DNA of 64,000 nucleotides from Nitrospirota bacterium (GCA_963751455.1 CAVVUN010000009.1:352001-416000); one strand, 5' to 3'; shown: positions 41,378 through 52,276, counted from the first letter of the stretch. Translations and numbers: made by a program. Notes: a model not told the origin generated them from the letters alone.

Positions 41378-42439
41378 ATGATAACTATTGATATAGCAAT
41401 ACCAGTTCTTGATGAAGAAGCATATTTGCAAGGCTGTCTTGACTCAGTGCTTGATTTTGATCTGCCAAAAAATGTTAGCACTGCTATTTATGTTCTTGAT
41501 GGTGGTTCAGCCGATAAAACTCTGGAAATTGCTCATGACTACGCTCTCCGCCATAACAATATTATTGTGATGGACAATCCTGGCCGAATTCAATCATGCG
41601 CGCTGAATATCGTTATTCGAAAAGGCAGAGGGGATTACATTCTAAGGCTGGATGCCCATTCTTTCTATCCGCCTAATTATCTACGTCTTTGCTTAGAGAC
41701 CGCGAAGCGGACTGGGGCGGACAATGTTGGGGGGCTGTTCATTACTAAACCGGGTGGTTCCGGATTTGAAGCACGATTAGTGCAGGCCCTGACAACGCAT
41801 CGTTTTGGCGTTGGAAATTCCGAATTTCGTTTGGACGCACAAGAGAAACCTGCTGATACAGTCCCTTACGGCTTCTTCAAACGAACGATTTTTGATCGAA
41901 TTGGGTTATATGATGAGAGACTTGTGCGTGCTCAGGATTATGAAATCAACCGGCGCATTATCGCGGCAGGCGGAACGGTATGGCTTAACCCTCAAATTGA
42001 GGTTTATTACCACAATCAGCCTACTTTGATCAAATTTTATAAAAAACAAATTGTCAAGGAAGCACCATATAATGCATATCTTTGGTGGGTGGCTCCCTAT
42101 GCTTTTGCTCCGCGTCATGCAATTACCGGTTTTTTTGCAGCTGGAGTTCTGGGTGGCTTGACATTCGGACCTTTGACCGCATGGATTGAGTTGCCGTTTC
42201 TGGCTGTGATGGCTCTTTACGGGCTGTTGGCTGCAATTTCGGCGGTTCAACAAGCAATTCGTTATCGATCGTTTCTCCATGCTCTGCTATTGCCTGCCTG
42301 TTTTTTCCTATACCACTTCTTGCACGGTATAGGTGTCCTTTACGGTTTGCTTCGACTGGTGACACGAACCGCGCCGGTGCAAAAGACTAAAGAACCCTGG
42401 CTTGGTGCCGGTCGCTATAGGCCATGGCCATTTGCGTAA
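41378..42439 (+). CDS. Glycosyltransferase family 2 (ExoA-like)
   Basis: DGGSAD.T, RLDAH and RAQDYEIN.RI motifs; C-terminal TM helices. Confidence 0.88.
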   Translation: MITIDIAIPVLDEEAYLQGCLDSVLDFDLPKNVSTAIYVLDGGSADKTLEIAHDYALRHNNIIVMDNPGRIQSCALNIVIRKGRGDYILRLDAHSFYPPNYLRLCLETAKRTGADNVGGLFITKPGGSGFEARLVQALTTHRFGVGNSEFRLDAQEKPADTVPYGFFKRTIFDRIGLYDERLVRAQDYEINRRIIAAGGTVWLNPQIEVYYHNQPTLIKFYKKQIVKEAPYNAYLWWVAPYAFAPRHAITGFFAAGVLGGLTFGPLTAWIELPFLAVMALYGLLAAISAVQQAIRYRSFLHALLLPACFFLYHFLHGIGVLYGLLRLVTRTAPVQKTKEPWLGAGRYRPWPFA

Positions 42440-42464
42440 TAAAACTTATAAAAATTAATAATTC

Positions 42465-42705
42465 ATGGAGATTTATACATAAAAACGCAAATCGTTCCAT
42501 CCCTCTTCAATTATCCCGCACTATTTGCTGAGAAGGAGCAGGATTATCTGGAGTTTTGATGGACATCTGCCGCCGAGGTACGTATATCCTGCAAGGATAT
42601 ATCATAGTTTGAAAAGAATCTGGTTGCGTAAATGGGTGTTAAAAATGCCTTTGGCCTTGCTAATGGCACAGACGCCATTTGGCTAGAGTTAAATGGCCGT
42701 AGGAA
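42465..42705 (+). pseudogene. Degraded 5' fragment of a DegT/DnrJ aminotransferase
   Basis: Frameshifted pieces LFNYPALFAEKEQDYL / DICRRGTYILQ / FEKNL / GVKNAFGLANGTDAIWL parallel the N-terminus of the ORF at 43621. Confidence 0.7.
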
Positions 42706-42714
42706 GGAGATTTT

Positions 42715-43431
42715 ATGTCCGATAATGCTATTGTGGACGCGCAAGTACGGACGAAAGAGATTTACAACATTTACTACGCAAATAAATCCCAGGACCGAAA
42801 CGATCTTCTGCTGAATCCGGAAGTGATGTTTCAATCTCTGGCTGTTCGACGCGCCTGGATTGAATCTCTGCGCGGTGTTTCCAGGGAAGTTCGCATACTT
42901 GATATAGGTGGAGGAGCGGGCAGCGAACTGGCACTTCTGCTTGAATTGGGTTTCCCTGCTGAACAACTTGCGATGGTCGACATTATTCCAGAACGGATTG
43001 AAGCTGCTAAACGTCGATTTCCAATTCAGGATATCCGATGTGAAGATGCACAGCATCTCACTTGGCCGGATGGCGCTTTTGACGTGGTGATGGAGGGCAC
43101 CATCTTTCTCCAAATCACAGACGACCGATTGGCAAAAAATATTGCCAGGGAGATGTTACGCGTCTTACGACCTGGCGGTATTTTGCTCCTGGCCGATTGG
43201 CGTTATGATGGAGGACGCGAAGGGCTGTTGGCGGTTGACAGAAATCGAGTCAGGAGGCTATTCGCTATTAACCAAGGGCACTGTAGACTTGAGAAGGTCG
43301 TAAATAGTGCACTCATTCCGCCGTTAGGGAGATTCCTTTCTTCGAAGTTACCCTCCCTATATTTTCTCGTGCAGAAAATTGTTCCGTTTTCGGTTGGGCA
43401 TGTCATTTATGTATTAAGAAAAAGTCTGTGA
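42715..43431 (+). CDS. Class I SAM-dependent methyltransferase
   Basis: ILDIGGGAG, FDVV and EMLRVLRPGG motifs. Confidence 0.85.
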   Translation: MSDNAIVDAQVRTKEIYNIYYANKSQDRNDLLLNPEVMFQSLAVRRAWIESLRGVSREVRILDIGGGAGSELALLLELGFPAEQLAMVDIIPERIEAAKRRFPIQDIRCEDAQHLTWPDGAFDVVMEGTIFLQITDDRLAKNIAREMLRVLRPGGILLLADWRYDGGREGLLAVDRNRVRRLFAINQGHCRLEKVVNSALIPPLGRFLSSKLPSLYFLVQKIVPFSVGHVIYVLRKSL

Positions 43432-43620
43432 GAAATAATTTAAAGGAGAGAATATTCTTATTAATCCTCGCATCAAATTTTTGAGAACAGCGCTTGATAA
43501 AATAGATTTGATTCATGATGATGATGAATGGCTTGCAGAAGTGTAGAAACGTAATAAGCTTCTGGGTGTTCGATGCCGAAAAGCCAACCTATAAAATATT
43601 TCTCAATCGAGGAGACGCTT

Positions 43621-44748
43621 ATGCCTACAAGTCAAAAAATGAAGTCTGTTCCATTTTTCAATTATCCTTTTCTTTTTGATTCTCAGAAGGAACAATTTTT
43701 AAGTGTTTTTCAAGACGTAGGGGCGCGTGGTGCCTTTATTACTCAGAAGGATCTGTCGGATTTCGAGCAGCATCTAGCAGAATTCAGTGGGGCTCGATAC
43801 GCGATCGGCGTTGCCAATGCCACAGATGCCTTGGAAATGCTTGTAGACGCGGCTGGCATTGGTGCTGGAGACGAGGTAATTTTCTGTTCTCATACCATGC
43901 TGGCTACAGCCTCCGCCATTCAAATGAACGGGGCAGTCCCGGTGCCGGTTGAGGCAGGTGCAGATCATTTGATAGACCCTCTGTCTGTTGAGCAGGCTAT
44001 TACTTCCAGAACAAAGGCTATCATGCCAACCCAACTCAATGGCCGTACTTGTAATATGGATGCAATATTAGAAATTGCTAATAAACATAGGTTATTAGTT
44101 TTAGAGGATTCTGCACAAGCGCTTGGTTCCCGCTTTAAGGGACGTCATGCAGGCACCTTTGGGGTCGGCGGCTGTATTAGCTTTTATCCCGCAAAAGTAT
44201 TAGGCTGTCTTGGTGACGGCGGTGCTGTTCTGTGCAATGACCAGAAGATTTATGAGAAAATTCGTCTCATGCGGGATCATGGTAGAAACCCTCAGACAGG
44301 AGATGTTGAGCTCTGGGGCAGGAATAGCCGGCTGGACAATCTACAGGCGGCGTTTCTTGATATTCAATTTAAAAGTTATCAGAACGTAATTGACCGTCGA
44401 AGAGCAATCGCATCACTTTATCAGAAACGTCTTCGGGATCTGGAACAAGTGATACTGCCGCCGGCTCCAGATAGTGATCCCGATCATTTCGATATTTATC
44501 AGAATTATGAAATTGAGGCTGAACGGCGCGATAAGTTAAAAAAATATCTTGCCGATAAAGGGGTAGGCACATTGATACAATGGGGCGGCAAGTCTGTCCA
44601 TCAGTTTCAGAAGTTAGGTTTTAACAAGTCTCTCCCATACACTGAAAGACTGTTCGAGCGAATGCTCATGTTGCCGCTCAACATGTCGTTGTCTGATGAC
44701 GATGTTCATTATGTAGGTGATTGTATCATTCGTTTTTACCAAAAATAA
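43621..44748 (+). CDS. DegT/DnrJ/EryC1/StrS family PLP aminotransferase
   Basis: EDSAQALG, SFYPAKVLG..GDGG and NSRLDNLQAA motifs; GGAG RBS before 43621. Confidence 0.92.
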   Translation: MPTSQKMKSVPFFNYPFLFDSQKEQFLSVFQDVGARGAFITQKDLSDFEQHLAEFSGARYAIGVANATDALEMLVDAAGIGAGDEVIFCSHTMLATASAIQMNGAVPVPVEAGADHLIDPLSVEQAITSRTKAIMPTQLNGRTCNMDAILEIANKHRLLVLEDSAQALGSRFKGRHAGTFGVGGCISFYPAKVLGCLGDGGAVLCNDQKIYEKIRLMRDHGRNPQTGDVELWGRNSRLDNLQAAFLDIQFKSYQNVIDRRRAIASLYQKRLRDLEQVILPPAPDSDPDHFDIYQNYEIEAERRDKLKKYLADKGVGTLIQWGGKSVHQFQKLGFNKSLPYTERLFERMLMLPLNMSLSDDDVHYVGDCIIRFYQK

Positions 44749-44840
44749 CAGTTAAATAAATTCGATTACTCGTAAAACAGCATAGCAGAGGAAATTTATA
44801 TAAGTCAGGCATTGCAATCTAATTCAACTTATAGGACAAT

Positions 44841-45650
44841 ATGAATACAAAAGAACTAGCAAAAAAAATTAGGATCCACGCTTTAAAAATGACCAGTTGC
44901 GGCGGAAGTTCCCATATCGGAGCTGCGCTAAGCATGGCTGATATTCTGGCGGTACTTTATGGCGGGATACTGAAAGTAAATCCTGCTGAGCCCCGGAGCC
45001 CCCAAAGGGATCGTTTTATCCTCAGCAAAGGGCACGGCGGCGCCGCTGTTTATGCGGCGCTCGCTGAAACCGGCTTTTTCCCACTCGAAAAGCTTGCAAC
45101 ACATTACCAAAATGGCTCTGATTTAAGTGGCCATGTCAGCCATAAAGGTATCCCCGGAGTTGAATTATCGACCGGCAGTTTGGGCCATGGTCTCGGTGTT
45201 GGAGTAGGTATGGCGTTGGGAGCCAAGAAGGACAAACAAGATCATCGCGTAGTCGTATTACTATCAGATGGCGAATGCGATGAGGGGGCAAACTGGGAAG
45301 CTATTATGTTTGCCGGTCATCACAAATTGGACAATATGATTGCAATAATTGACTACAACAAATCTCAGGCTTTAGGCTCTGTTGCAGAAGTACTCGATCT
45401 GGAGCCTTTCGCCCAAAAATGGTCAGCATTTGGATGGGCTGTCCACGAAGTAGACGGCCATGATCACCAACAATTAGCTGCCGTATTATCTAATATGCCA
45501 GCGAAGCAGGGTTTGCCAACAGTAATTATTGCTCATACTATTAAAGGCAAAGGTGTCTCTTTTATGGAAAAGGACAAGGTCCTATGGCATTATCGATGCG
45601 CTAAAGGAAAAGAATTTGATTCAGCACTTAAAGAATTGGAGGCTTGTTGA
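44841..45650 (+). CDS. Transketolase, N-terminal TPP-binding subunit
   Basis: RDRFILSKGH, STGSLGHG, SDGECDEG..WEA and HTIKGKGV motifs. Confidence 0.92.
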   Translation: MNTKELAKKIRIHALKMTSCGGSSHIGAALSMADILAVLYGGILKVNPAEPRSPQRDRFILSKGHGGAAVYAALAETGFFPLEKLATHYQNGSDLSGHVSHKGIPGVELSTGSLGHGLGVGVGMALGAKKDKQDHRVVVLLSDGECDEGANWEAIMFAGHHKLDNMIAIIDYNKSQALGSVAEVLDLEPFAQKWSAFGWAVHEVDGHDHQQLAAVLSNMPAKQGLPTVIIAHTIKGKGVSFMEKDKVLWHYRCAKGKEFDSALKELEAC

Positions 45651-45656
45651 TACTAT

Positions 45657-46592
45657 ATGCGAGATCGTTTTATTAAAAGACTTTCCGAGCTGGCAGAAAG
45701 AAACTCGCGTATTACCCTGGTTACCGGTGATCTGGGTTTTGGTGTGCTGGACGATTTTCGAAGTCGTTTTCCTGATCAGTTTATTAATGCTGGGGTTGCA
45801 GAACAGAATATGACTAGCCTTGCAACAGGCCTGGCAATGGAAGGCAGAATTGTCTTTACTTATTCTATTGCTAATTTTACAACATTGCGGTGTCTAGAGC
45901 AAATTCGTAATGATGCCTGCTATCATAACGCAAATGTCAAGATTGTCTCTATCGGTGGCGGTTTTAGTTATGGGCAACTTGGCATTTCTCATCATGCCAC
46001 AGAAGATTTGGCGATTATGCGGAGTCTACCCGATATTTCAGTTGTCTCTCCATGCGGACTTTGGGAAGCAACGGAGGCAACAGAAGCAATTGTTATGCAG
46101 CCAGGGACATGTTATTTGCGTCTTGATAAAACGTTTGGAAAAGATAGTCCCGTGTATGAAGGAGAAACTTTTAACATAGGCAAGGCACGAGTACTGCGAG
46201 AAGGAGTGGATTGTACGATTATTGTAACTGGCGGAATTTTAGCTGAGGTTTGGCTGGCTTCTGAATTATTAAGCAAAAAAGGAATTAACTCTGGAATTAT
46301 CAGTGTTCATTCTTTGAAGCCATTTGACACAGAAACTATTATTCACGCTTGCCGGAATACCAGAAATATTATCACTGTAGAAGAACACACTCTTTATGGT
46401 GGGCTTGGTAGTGCGGTTGCCGAGGCTATGCTCGACAAAGGCATACTACCGAACAAATTTTTGCGTATAGGTTTAAATTCTGGTTTTTCTAGCATTGTTG
46501 GGTCGCAGGAATATTTAAGAAAACAATATAGTCTTGATAGCCACTCAATAAGTGAGCGGATTCAACTTATTTTAAGAAATGGCAGGTGTTGA
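45657..46592 (+). CDS. Transketolase, C-terminal pyrimidine-binding subunit
   Basis: INAGVAEQNM, RCLEQIRND, G.SHHATED and VEEH...GGLGS motifs. Confidence 0.92.
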   Translation: MRDRFIKRLSELAERNSRITLVTGDLGFGVLDDFRSRFPDQFINAGVAEQNMTSLATGLAMEGRIVFTYSIANFTTLRCLEQIRNDACYHNANVKIVSIGGGFSYGQLGISHHATEDLAIMRSLPDISVVSPCGLWEATEATEAIVMQPGTCYLRLDKTFGKDSPVYEGETFNIGKARVLREGVDCTIIVTGGILAEVWLASELLSKKGINSGIISVHSLKPFDTETIIHACRNTRNIITVEEHTLYGGLGSAVAEAMLDKGILPNKFLRIGLNSGFSSIVGSQEYLRKQYSLDSHSISERIQLILRNGRC

Positions 46593-46596
46593 CTTT

Positions 46597-47352
46597 ATGA
46601 AAACTTTCATGAAACGTTTTTTTGATATAACTGGGTCATTGGTTGGGTTATTGATCATGTCGCCTGTTTTACTACCCGTAATGATTCTTATCTGGTTGCA
46701 AGATTTTCATCATCCTTTTTATATTGCAGACCGTGTGGGTAAAGACCGAAAACCATTCAAGATGGTTAAGTTGCGTTCAATGATTGTCGGTGCTGATAAA
46801 AGCGGGGTTGACTCTACAGCGGGAGGAGACAAAAGAATTACAAAAGTTGGACATTTTGTTAGAAAATACAAATTAGATGAATTCACACAACTTTGGAATG
46901 TTTTTTGGGGCCAGATGAGCTTAGTGGGACCTCGACCAAATGTCCCAAGAGACGTAAATTTATATACCAAGGAAGAGCTGCACCTGCTTGACGTCCGGCC
47001 TGGTATAACTGATTTTTCTTCGATCGTTTTTTCAGATGAGGGAGACATTCTTGCCGGCAGTGACGACCCGGATCTGAAATATAATCAGGTTATTCGTCCA
47101 TGGAAGAGTCGACTCGGCCTTTTTTACGTTGAGAAACATAATTTTATATTGGACATTCGTTTAATTATATTGACTATAATAGCAATTATTTCCAGGCAGC
47201 AAGCTCTTTTAGGTGTGCGAAAAATGTTGGAGCGTCTCAAGGCGGATCCACAATTAATTACAGTCGCAAGGCGTGAGCAAGTTCTACAAGCTTTCCCACC
47301 ACCAGGTTCCGACAAAATCGTTGTAAGCAGAATGACCCAAATAACACCATAA
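46597..47352 (+). CDS. Sugar transferase (initiating phosphoglycosyltransferase)
   Basis: KRFFDI, K.RSM, RKYKLDE.TQLWNV..G.MSLVGPRP and RPGIT motifs. Confidence 0.92.
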   Translation: MKTFMKRFFDITGSLVGLLIMSPVLLPVMILIWLQDFHHPFYIADRVGKDRKPFKMVKLRSMIVGADKSGVDSTAGGDKRITKVGHFVRKYKLDEFTQLWNVFWGQMSLVGPRPNVPRDVNLYTKEELHLLDVRPGITDFSSIVFSDEGDILAGSDDPDLKYNQVIRPWKSRLGLFYVEKHNFILDIRLIILTIIAIISRQQALLGVRKMLERLKADPQLITVARREQVLQAFPPPGSDKIVVSRMTQITP

Positions 47353-47706
47353 TTTCTACATAAAATGAAAACTAACAGTCGCGAGTTGTTGAAACGACGC
47401 TTACTTAATGAGGCTTGACGCACTACCTGATTTTTATCTATGACGTTGAATGAACTGCAAAACGTCTGCATGTGAATAATACCTTTACATTAGCTGGACC
47501 GCTGATATAATACCTACCGTATTTTATCCTTCTTGGTCAATGCTTTGTTGTCTATAGTTGGAAATACCCTAAAAATACCCTGTCAAGGCTATTTACATCT
47601 TTCACGAAACCTAGTAATATATGTAACTTAAGTTCAATATTCAATTATTTCAATTACATGAAATTCATGGTTATTGGCCACAAAAGATAGACGAAGGAGT
47701 GCCCTT

Positions 47707-49737
47707 ATGTTACATAACCGGTTAAAACAATATATGGTCTTCATCTGCGATGCTGTTCTCATATCAGTATCGATTTTTTTATCTTACGCTCTCCGCTTCA
47801 GTACTCTGCGACTCGATCCTCATATAGGGCAAATACTGGTTCTCATTCCCTTGGTACTTCTTGTCAGGCTGTCTATTTTTTGGTTAAACGGGCTTTATAA
47901 CGGGATGTGGCGTTTTGTAAGTACAAGCGACCTTATCTCTATCATACGGGCGGTTTCCCTGAGCACCCTCATCTATGTGTGTATCCTGTTTCTATTTCAG
48001 GCGGCACATGAATATCCTCGTTCTCTTTTTATTATCGACTGGTTCGTTATGATCGTCCTCATCGGCGGAAGTCGTTTTACCTACCGGCTGTACAGGTCGG
48101 GTTTTTACGACATGGTCCTTAACGGTCGGCCTAAAGAGTCGAGAGAGGCTAAAAAAGTTCTCATCGTGGGCGCAGGCAGGGCAGGGGAGATCATCCTCCG
48201 GGAAATACTCGGAAACTACCAATTGAAATACAGCCCTGTCGGTTTTGTTGATGATAACAGATCAAAACGTAATCAGACCATTCACGGCTACCCGGTGCTG
48301 GGAAATAGCCGGGACATACCGAATATAGCAAAAACAATGAATGTGGATAAGGTCTTTATCGCAACTCCCTCTGCCTCGCCCAAGGCCAAAAGAAGGATCA
48401 TGCTGACCTGTAAAAGCGCAGGACTGAAAGTGAAGACCCTTCCCGGCGTCGGCGAACTGCTCAATGGCACCGTCAAGGTAAGCGCTCTTCGTGATTTTCA
48501 AATTGAGGACCTTCTCGGCAGACAACCCGTCAAGCTCGATATGGCTTCCATCAGGGACTATCTGCGCGACAAGACAGTTATGATCACCGGCGCCGGCGGG
48601 TCGATCGGGTCGGAACTATGTCGCCAGGTGGCCCATTTCAAGCCGAAGCGCCTTGTTCTGTTTGAACGCTCGGAGTTCAATCTCTACCAGATCGAAATGA
48701 ACCTCCTGGAGCTGTTCCCTCAGCTCGAAACCTGCGCGGTCATCGGCGATATCTTGAATCAAAAGAGCGTAGAACGCACCCTCGTCAAATACATGCCGGA
48801 AGTTATTTTCCACGCTGCTGCCTATAAGCACGTTCCTCTCATGGAAATGAACCCGATTGAAGCGTTGAGAAACAATGTGTTCGGGACCTGGACCATCGCG
48901 AATCTTGCCCAGACGTACGGCGTCCGCAAATTCGTTATGGTGTCCACCGATAAAGCGGTTCGTCCCACCAACATTATGGGCGCCAGCAAACGCATGGCAG
49001 AGCTTATCTGCCAGGCATTTTATCGCAACAGTAAAACGCAATTCGTAACCGTTCGGTTCGGCAATGTCCTGAACAGTGTGGGGAGCGTGATCCCCCTTTT
49101 TAAGCGCCAGATAGAAAAAGGCGGGCCGCTGACAGTAACTCATCCGGAAATTTATCGCTATTTTATGACCATTCCAGAGGCGGTTCAGCTTATCATGCAG
49201 GCCGGAGCAATGGGAAAAGGCGGCGAAATATTTATTCTGGACATGGGAGAGGCCATCAAGATCGTAGACCTTGCTCGCGACATGATCACCCTTTCGGGTC
49301 TCGAACCAGAAAAAGACATCGAGATCGTTTTTACCGGCCTGAGGCCCGGAGAAAAACTGTATGAAGAGCTTTTGACGGAAGGGGAGGAGATAAAAGAAAC
49401 TATCCATGAAAAAATAAAAGTGGCCAAAATGGAGGTAGTACAACAAGAGGAGCTGTTTTCCAGGCTCGATAAGCTTCTTTTTCAATTGCTGAAGAGTGGG
49501 TTCACGCAGGATATTGTTAAAAGAATCAAACAGATTGTGCCGGAATACCAGCCTGAAAAAGGAGGACCGAGCATCGAGAACAACGGATCAATGCTCAAAA
49601 AACACAGTTACGAAGTTTCACGTAGCCCGGAGAGGCTGGAGCAGGATTCACCTGAAACTCGGGTGAATACAATCCCCATCAATAACATTGAAATTACATC
49701 GCCCCTGCAGAGAGCTGCAGGCAATCTCGATTCTTAA
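47707..49737 (+). CDS. Membrane-anchored NDP-sugar 4,6-dehydratase (PglF/CapD/WbpM family)
   Basis: N-terminal TM helices; ITGAGGSIGSELCRQ, HAAAYKHVP, STDKAVRPTN.MGASK and GLRPGEKLYEEL motifs. Confidence 0.93.
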   Translation: MLHNRLKQYMVFICDAVLISVSIFLSYALRFSTLRLDPHIGQILVLIPLVLLVRLSIFWLNGLYNGMWRFVSTSDLISIIRAVSLSTLIYVCILFLFQAAHEYPRSLFIIDWFVMIVLIGGSRFTYRLYRSGFYDMVLNGRPKESREAKKVLIVGAGRAGEIILREILGNYQLKYSPVGFVDDNRSKRNQTIHGYPVLGNSRDIPNIAKTMNVDKVFIATPSASPKAKRRIMLTCKSAGLKVKTLPGVGELLNGTVKVSALRDFQIEDLLGRQPVKLDMASIRDYLRDKTVMITGAGGSIGSELCRQVAHFKPKRLVLFERSEFNLYQIEMNLLELFPQLETCAVIGDILNQKSVERTLVKYMPEVIFHAAAYKHVPLMEMNPIEALRNNVFGTWTIANLAQTYGVRKFVMVSTDKAVRPTNIMGASKRMAELICQAFYRNSKTQFVTVRFGNVLNSVGSVIPLFKRQIEKGGPLTVTHPEIYRYFMTIPEAVQLIMQAGAMGKGGEIFILDMGEAIKIVDLARDMITLSGLEPEKDIEIVFTGLRPGEKLYEELLTEGEEIKETIHEKIKVAKMEVVQQEELFSRLDKLLFQLLKSGFTQDIVKRIKQIVPEYQPEKGGPSIENNGSMLKKHSYEVSRSPERLEQDSPETRVNTIPINNIEITSPLQRAAGNLDS

Positions 49738-49781
49738 GAGAATATATCGTTGGCAGCAACCTTAAGAATAATTTAAAATCA

Positions 49782-49810
49782 TTGATTTTCCAGCGAATGT
49801 CTGTTATACT
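49782..49810 (+). promoter_or_regulatory. Putative sigma70 promoter for the export gene
   Basis: TTGATT-17bp-TATACT with TGn extension. Confidence 0.45.
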
Positions 49811-49891
49811 TCCTCATTCTTTTTCAGTAATAATCGCAGCCCAAACTCTTAAATCGAAAGTATTAAGTATTTTTCGGAGGAATTTTACGCA

Positions 49892-52195
49892 GTGAAACGA
49901 ATTTTTTGCGGCTTTCTCTTTGCGATATTGATATCCCCATCAGCAGTTCTTGCCCAATCTCTGCAAAATCTAAATCTCCAAGGCATTAATCCTCAGGCTG
50001 CTTCGGAAAATATTGTTCAGGAAATGCAAAAAACCGATTCCGATGCGGCGCAAGAATTCGAAGCTGCTACGAAGCGGGGCGATTATGCTGCGGCAAGAAA
50101 AATCTACGAAGACTTTAAAAGCAGGCAAGGGCTAGCCTCAACGCTTGATTCACGGACCGCCGGAGAGCTCACGCAGGCGATCCAGAGAGGCGACACGGCT
50201 ACAGCTCAAAGGATTCTGACAGAACAGCAAAAACAGAAAAAAACCGAGGATACGACCCAAAAGCGCTCGATTTTCGAGCGAACTCTGTCGGGTAACATGC
50301 CAACCGCCGAAATTATGCTGAATGATCTTAGGCAGTTCGGGTATGAGGCATTCATGAAGACGACCGCCACTCTTGTCCCTTCATCGAACGCGCCTGTCGG
50401 CCCTGACTATATTATCGGCCCGGGGGACCAGTTCACGCTTACCTTGTGGGGAACCACCGAAGGCATTTTTTCTCTTCGCGTCGCCAAAGAAGGCACAATC
50501 ACGCTTCCTAAGGTGGGTGTAGTCGCCGTTGCAGGTCTTCGCTACGGAGATCTTGAGAACACCCTTCATCGCCACCTATCGCGCTATTACAGCAACTTCA
50601 ATCTCAGCGTAGCCATGGGAACGCTTAGAACCATTACGGTGTACGTGGTAGGAGAAATCAACTCGCCGGGCAGTTATACGGTCAGTTCACTCACTTCCGC
50701 ATACGGCGCACTGTTTGCCGCCGGCGGGCCAACCAAGAAGGGAACACTCCGTTCAATTCAGGTGCTCCGCGGCGGAAAAGTGATAAAAACCCTCGATATT
50801 TACGACTTTTTACTTAAGGGTGACCGGAGCCAGGACCTCAGACTGCAGCAGGAAGATACGGTTTTTGTGCCGCTTATCGGCCCAATTGCTGGAGTTGCAG
50901 GTACCGTATACCGGCCGGCTATCTATGAGTTGAAGGGGAATGAGACCATTAACGACCTGCTCAGGACAGCGGGCGGCCTTATGCCGATCGGCCTGGCAAG
51001 CACGCTCCAGTTGACCCGTTATTCCAATAACGAAAAAAAGGTGATCCTTGATATTAAGGTGCCGGCATCACGCATAGGCGATTCTGGCGCGGAAGATATG
51101 CTCCGCGCAAAGATTCAGAACATGGACGTACTGTCCGTCAGGCCGGTTTATGACCGGGTATGGGAGACCGTCAATCTCCAGGGGGACGTGCGCAATCCCG
51201 GGGATTATCAGTGGAGACAGGACCTGAAATTGAAGGAAATAATATCGGAAGGCCAGTTGTTGCCCACCGCTGATCTCAAAAAAGTCGAGATTATCCGCCT
51301 GACGGATGATTTTAAAGACCGCAAGATTATTCCGGTCAACCTTTCGAAACTCATCGAGGGTGATGAGTCCCTGAATATTCCGCTGATGCCCAAGGACCAG
51401 GTGAGGGTCTATACCTTGTACCGCGAAGTGGAGAAGGTGAGGGTCGACGGAGAGGTGATGAGCCCCGGCGAATATGAAATACAAAAGGGAGAGCGGCTGA
51501 GCGACATCCTGCGCAGGGCCGGCGGGTATACACGCGAGGCATACTCTTATGGGGCGATATTCAAGCGGATAGACGTGAAAAACAGCCAGGAGAAAAACCT
51601 TCAAAATTTTATCACCCGGATGCAGGGTCAGGTCCTACAAACCGCAGCGGGATCGGCAGTACAGGCGATAAGCCCTGAAGAGGCTGCCGCGTCAAAGGTA
51701 GAGCTTGGCTTGAACCAGAGTCTGCTTGAGAACCTCAAGAGCATGAAGGAGCAGTACGAGGGCAGAGTGGCGATCAATATTACGGATAACATCGATGAAT
51801 GGGCCGGAACCAAGGACGACCTGCTTCTCAAAAACGGCGACTCCGTCTTTTTTCCCAAAAGACCGCAGGAAGTTCTGGTTATGGGAGAAGTCCACAGTCC
51901 CAGCGCTCAAGTCTTCGTGCCGGGGCTCAAACTCAAAAATTACATTAACTTGACAGGGGGTTACACGAATCTTGCAGAAGAAGACCAGGTATACGTGCTG
52001 CAGGCGAACGGCTTTGCCTACAGCGGAGACTCACCATCTGTCGGGAAAATAGAAAATGTGAAATTGAACGCGGGTGATACGGTTTTTGTTCCTCAGAAAA
52101 TGGAGCGAAACGCAGGACTCAGATTTTTCAAGGACATTATCGATATCATGTTCAAGACCGCGGTTGTACTCGCCACAATAAATGTGTTGTTTTAA
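49892..52195 (+). CDS. Polysaccharide export protein with multiple SLBB domains (Wza/KpsD-like)
   Basis: Signal peptide; QFGY..F, PDYIIGPGD and repeated V.GEV..PG.Y / AGG motifs. Confidence 0.9.
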   Translation: MKRIFCGFLFAILISPSAVLAQSLQNLNLQGINPQAASENIVQEMQKTDSDAAQEFEAATKRGDYAAARKIYEDFKSRQGLASTLDSRTAGELTQAIQRGDTATAQRILTEQQKQKKTEDTTQKRSIFERTLSGNMPTAEIMLNDLRQFGYEAFMKTTATLVPSSNAPVGPDYIIGPGDQFTLTLWGTTEGIFSLRVAKEGTITLPKVGVVAVAGLRYGDLENTLHRHLSRYYSNFNLSVAMGTLRTITVYVVGEINSPGSYTVSSLTSAYGALFAAGGPTKKGTLRSIQVLRGGKVIKTLDIYDFLLKGDRSQDLRLQQEDTVFVPLIGPIAGVAGTVYRPAIYELKGNETINDLLRTAGGLMPIGLASTLQLTRYSNNEKKVILDIKVPASRIGDSGAEDMLRAKIQNMDVLSVRPVYDRVWETVNLQGDVRNPGDYQWRQDLKLKEIISEGQLLPTADLKKVEIIRLTDDFKDRKIIPVNLSKLIEGDESLNIPLMPKDQVRVYTLYREVEKVRVDGEVMSPGEYEIQKGERLSDILRRAGGYTREAYSYGAIFKRIDVKNSQEKNLQNFITRMQGQVLQTAAGSAVQAISPEEAAASKVELGLNQSLLENLKSMKEQYEGRVAINITDNIDEWAGTKDDLLLKNGDSVFFPKRPQEVLVMGEVHSPSAQVFVPGLKLKNYINLTGGYTNLAEEDQVYVLQANGFAYSGDSPSVGKIENVKLNAGDTVFVPQKMERNAGLRFFKDIIDIMFKTAVVLATINVLF

Positions 52196-52252
52196 TTAAG
52201 AAGCGACGGCGTAAAACGATATGGAGGCGTCCCACTAAATCAGAACATGAAA

Positions 52253-52276
52253 CGGGAACACGGTTCCCTTGGTCCA
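52253..52276. repeat. Orphan REP copy of the RAYT-flanking family
   Basis: CGGGAAC acg GTTCCC TTGGTCCA versus GGCAAC acg GTTGCC TTGGTCCA at 14001. Confidence 0.75.
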
